A stretch of 64,000 bases of DNA from Ylistrum balloti (Eukaryota): positions 62,001 to 126,000 of the forward strand of contig NW_026782978.1 of the NCBI RefSeq assembly GCF_031769215.1, written 5' to 3'. Below, piece by piece: positions 59,201-64,000 of the stretch (position 1 is the first letter of the stretch; the number at the start of each line of letters is the position of its first letter). The notes beneath the pieces were generated by a model. The model did not search any database, had not been told where the DNA came from, and saw only the letters and a program-made list of their open reading frames with translations. The translations under genes were made by a program, and so were the position numbers.

Positions 59201-62200
59201 CCTTCCTCATGTGTCTGACAGGTAGGTCTAATAGGGACCAACTGCCTTGGAGTGTCCTTCCTCATGTGTCTGACAGGTAAATCTAATAGGGACCACCTGC
59301 CCTGGAGTGTCCTTCCTCATATTTCTGACAGGTAAATCTAATACAGACCTCCTGCCTTGGAGTGTCCTTCCTCATTTGTTTGACAGGTAAATCTAATAGG
59401 GACCACCTGCCTTGGAGTGTCCTTCCTCATATTTCTGACAGGAAGGTCTAATAGGGACCACCTGCCTTGGAGTGTCCTTCCTCATATTTCTGACAGGTAG
59501 GTCTAATAGGGACCACTTACCTTGGAGTGTCCTTCCTCATGTGTCTGACTATAGGTCTAATAGGGACCACCTGCCTTGGAGTGTCCTTCCCCATTTGCCT
59601 GACAGGTAAATCTAATAGGGACCACCTGCCTTGGAGTGTCCTTCCTCATGTGTCTGACAGGTAGGTCTAATAGGGACCACCTGCCTTGGAGTGTCCTTCC
59701 TCATGTGTCTGACAGGTAAATCTAATAGGGACCACCTGCCTTGGAGTGTCCTTCCTCATGTGTCTGACAGGTATCTCTAATAGGGACCACCTGCCTTGGA
59801 GTGTCCTTCCTCATGTGTCTGACAGGTAAATCTAATAGGGACCACCTGCCTTGGAGTGTCCTTCCTCATATTTCTGACAGGTAGGTCTAATAGGGACCAC
59901 CTGCCTTGGAGTGTCCTTCCTCATATTTCTGACAGGTAAATCTAATAGGGACCACCTGCCTTGGAGTGTCCTTCCTCATGTGTCTGACAGGTAGGTCTAA
60001 TAGGGACCACCTGCCTTGGAGTGTCCTTCCTCATGTGTCTGACAGGTAGGTCTAATAGGGACCACCTGCCTTGGAGTGTCCTTCCTCATGTGTCTGACAG
60101 GTAAATCTAATAGGGACCACCTGCCTTGGAGTGTCCTTCCTCATATTTCTGACAGGTAGGTCTAATAGGGACCACCTGCCTTGGAGTGTCCTTCCTCATG
60201 TGTCTGACAGGTAAATCTAATAGGGACCACCTGCCTTGGAGTGTCCTTCCTCATGTGTCTGACTATAGGTCTAATAGGGACCACCTGCCTTGGAGTGTCC
60301 TTCCTCATATTTCTGACAGGTAAATCTAATAGGGACCACCTGCCTTGGAGTGTCCTTCCTCATATTTCTGACAGGTAGGTCTAATAGGGACCACCTGCCT
60401 TGGAGTGTCCTTCCCCATTTGCCTGACAGGTAAATCTAATAGGGACCACCTGCCTTGGATTGTCCTTCCTCATGTGTCTGACAGGTAGGTCTAATAGGGA
60501 CCATCTGCCTTGGAGTGTCCTTCCTCATGTGTCTGACAGGTAAATCTAATAGGGACCACCTGCCTTTGAGTGTCCTTCCTCATGTGTCTGACAGGTAGGT
60601 CTAATAGGGACCACTTGCCTTGGAGTGTCCTTCCTCATGTGTCTGACATAGGTCTCTGACCACCTGCCTTGGAGTGTCCTTCCTCATTTGTTTGACAGGT
60701 AAATATAATAGGGACCACCTGCCTTGGAGTGTCCTTCCTCATATTTCTGACAGGTAGGTCTAATAGGGACCACCTGCCTTGGAGTGTCCTTCCTCATGTG
60801 TCTGACAGGTAGGTCTAATAGGGACCACCTGCCTTGGAGTGTCCTTCCTCATGTGTCTGACAGGTAAATCTAATAGGGACCACCTGCCTTTGAGTGTCCT
60901 TCCTCATATTTCTGACAGGTAGGTCTAATAGGGACCACCTGCCTTGGAGTGTCTTTCCTCATATTTGTGACAGGTAGGTCTAATAGGGACCACCTGCCTT
61001 GGAGTGTCCTTCCGCATGTGTCTGACAGGTAAATCTAATAGGGACCACCTGCCTTGGAGTGTCCTTCCTCATATTTCTGACAGGTAGGTCTAATAGGGAC
61101 CACCTGCCCTGGAGTGTCCTTCCTCATATTTCTGACAGGTAAATCTAATAGGGACCACCTGCCTTGGAGTGTCCTTCCTCATTTGTCTGACAGGTAAATC
61201 TAATAGGGACCACCTGCCTTGGAGTGTCCTTCCTCATGTGTCTGACAGGTAGGTCTAATAGGGACCAACTGCCTTGGAGTGTCCTTCCTGATGTGTCTGA
61301 CAGGTAAATCTAATAGGGACCACCTGCCTTGGAGTGTCCTTCCTCATGTGTCTGACAGGTAAATCTAATAGGGACCACCTGCCTTGGAGTGTCCTTCCTC
61401 ATGTGTCTGACAGGTAAATCTAATAGGGACCACCTGCCCTGGAGTGTCCTTCCTCATGTGTCTGACAGGTAAATCTAATAGGGACCACCTGCCTTGGAGT
61501 GTCCTTCCTCATATTTCTGACAGGTAGGTCTAATAGGGACCACCTGCCTTGGAGTGTCCTTCCTCATATTTCTGACAGGTAGGTCTAATAGGGACCACCT
61601 GCCCTGGAGTGTCCTTCCTCATATTTCTGACAGGTAAATCTAATAGGGACCACCTGCCTTGGAGTGTCCTTCCTCATGTGTCTGACAGGTAGGTCTAATA
61701 GGGACCACCTGCCTTGGAGTGTCCATCCTCATGTGTCTGACAGGTAAATCTAATAGACCACCTGCCTTGAGTGTCCTTCCTCATGTGTAGGGACCACCTG
61801 CCTTGGAGTGTCCTTCCTCATGTGTCTGACAGGTAAATCTAATAGGGACCACCTGCCTTGGAGTGTCCTTCCTCATATTTCTGACAGGTAGGTCTAATAG
61901 GGACCACCTGCCCTGGAGTGTCCTTCCTCATATTTCTGACAGGTATCTAATGACAGGTAGGTCTAATAGGGACCACCTGCCTTGGAGTGTCCTTCCTGGT
62001 GTGTCTGACAGGTAAATCTAATAGGGACCACCTGCCTTTGAGTGTCCTTCCTCATATTTCTGACAGGTAGGTCTAATAGGGACCACCTGCCTTGGAGTGT
62101 CCTTCCTCATGTTTCTGACAGGTAGGTCTAATAGGGACCACCTGCCTTGGAGTGTCCTTCCGCATGTGTCTGACAGGTAAATCTAATAGGGACCACCTGC

Positions 62201-64000
62201 CTTGGAGTGTCCTTCCTCATGTTTCTGACAGGTAGGTCTAATAGGGACCACCTGCCTTGGAGTGTCCTTCCTCATGTGTCTGACAGGTAGGTCTAATAGG
62301 GACCAACTGCCTTGGAGTGTCCTTCCTCATGTGTCTGACAGGTAAATCTAATAGGGACCAACTGCCTTGGAGTGTCCTTCCTCATGTTCCTCGTTTGTCT
62401 GACAGGTAAATCTAATAGGGACCACCTGCCTTGGAGTGTCCTTCCTCATGTGTTTCTGACAGGTAGGTCTAATAGGGACCACCTGCCTTGGAGTGTCCTT
62501 CCTCATGTGTCTGACAGGTAAATCTAATAGGGACCACCTGCCTTGGAGTGTCCTTCCTCATATTTCTGACAGGTAGGTCTAATAGGGACCACCTGCCTTG
62601 GAGTGTTCTTCCTCATATTTCTGACAGGTGAATCTAATAGAGACATCCTGCTTTGGAGTGTTCTTCCTCATGTGTCTGACTATAGGTCTAATAGGGACCA
62701 CCTGCCTTGGAGTGTCCTTCCTCATGTGTCTGACAGGTAGGTCTAATAGGGACCACCTGCCTTGGAGTGTCCTTCCCCATTTGCCTGACAGGTAGATCTA
62801 ATAGGGACCACCTGCCTTGGAGTGTCCTTCCTCGTGTCTGACAGGTAGGTCTAATAGGGACCACCTGCCTTGGAGTGTCCTTCCCTATTTTCATGACAGG
62901 TAAATCTATTAGGGACCACCTGCCTTGGAGTGTCCTTCCTCATATTTCTGACAGGTAGGTCTAATAGGGACCACCTGCCTTGGAGTGTCCTTCCTCATGT
63001 GTCTGACAGGTAGGTCTAATAGGGACCACCTGCCTTGGAGTGTCCTTCCTCATGTGTCTGACAGGTAAATCTAATAGGGACCACCTGCCTTGGAGTGTCC
63101 TTCCTCATATTTCTGACAGGTAAATCTAATAGGGACCACCTGCCTTGGAGTGTCCTTCCTCATATTTCTGACAGGTAGGTCTAATAGGGACCACCTGCCT
63201 TGGAGTGTTCTTCCTCATATTTCTGACAGGTAAATCTAATAGAGACCACCTGCCTTGGAGACCACCTGCCTTGGAGTGTCCTTCCTCATGTGTCTGACAG
63301 GTATGTAGGGACCACTTGCCTTGGACATGTGTCTGACAGGTAAATCTAATAGCGACCACTTGCCTTGGAGTGGCCTTCCTCATGTTTCTGACAGTTTAAT
63401 ATAATAGGGACCACCTGCATTGAAGTGTCCTTCCTAATATTTCTGACAGGTAAATCTAATAGGGACCACCTGCCTTGGAGTGTCCTTCCTCATATTTCTG
63501 ACAGGTAGGTCTAATAGGGACCACCTGCCCTGGAGTGTCCTTCCTCATATTTCTGACAGGTAAATCTAATAGAGACCACCTGCCTTGGAGTGTCCTTCCT
63601 CATGTGTCTGACTATAGGTCTAATAGGGACCACCTGCCTTGGAGTGTCCTTCCTCATGTGTCTGACAGGTAGGTCTAATAGGGACCACCTGCCTTGGAGT
63701 GTCCTTCCTCATGTGTCTGACAGGTAAATCTAATAGGGACCACCTGCCTTGGAGTGTCCTTCCTCATATTTCTGACAGGTAGGTCTAATAGGGACCACCT
63801 GCCTTGGAGTGTCCTTCCTCATGTGTCTGACAGGTAAATCTAATAGGGACCACCTGCCTTGGAGTGTCCTTCCTCATGTGTCTGACAGGTAGGTCTAATA
63901 GGGACCACCTGCCTTGGAGTGTCCTTCCTCATATTTCTGACAGGTAGGTCTAATAGGGACCACCTGCCTTGGAGTGTCCTTCCTCATATTTCTGACAGGT
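50217..64000 (+). repeat. 55-bp tandem array, about 250 copies and running off the window; unit ACCACCTGCCTTGGAGTGTCCTTCCTCATATTTCTGACAG|GTAAATCTAATAGGG
   Basis: Periodicity is direct (for example CACCTG at 50941 and 50996). The first unit is the exon 2 end plus the intron start of SLC15A4. Confidence 0.98.

Noticed and set aside
50534-63383. Short minus-strand ORFs (MRKDTPRQVV...) in the 55-bp array
   Set aside because: They are antisense translations of repeat variants that happen to lack stops.
117-64000. CRISPR-like appearance of the two regular arrays
   Set aside because: There are no unique spacers and no cas genes, and the context is eukaryotic. These are head-to-tail tandem repeats.

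Overview
Eukaryotic genomic DNA with spliceosomal introns and no prokaryotic features. The host is probably a bivalve, inferred from the style of its repeats. From left to right the window holds: (1) a ~3.6 kb 30-bp minisatellite; (2) a complete but mutationally decayed Polinton/Maverick (adintovirus-type endogenous virus) at 3741-23737, with 373-bp TIRs, AGTAGT termini and a 6-bp GGTGTA target-site duplication. It is inserted near the end of the minisatellite and encodes integrase-chromodomain, PLA2, packaging ATPase, penton, major capsid, pPolB, adenain protease and fibre-like genes; (3) a 5.2-kb DDE transposon with an intact ORF, nested in the Polinton; (4) a decayed ISL2EU-type element (DDE transposase plus SWIM/YqaJ exonuclease gene) that appears to be split by a 9.5-kb two-gene Harbinger, which itself carries a SINE and HINE-like elements; (5) a CR1-type LINE fragment; (6) the first two coding exons of an SLC15A4-like POT/PTR2 transporter; (7) a 55-bp tandem array of at least 13.7 kb. 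The unit of that last array is the final 40 nt of SLC15A4 exon 2 plus the first 15 nt of the intron, so it is about 250 copies of an AG|GT splice junction. This splice-junction-derived satellite is the most striking observation. All protein-family calls come from motif recognition by eye; no database searches were run.
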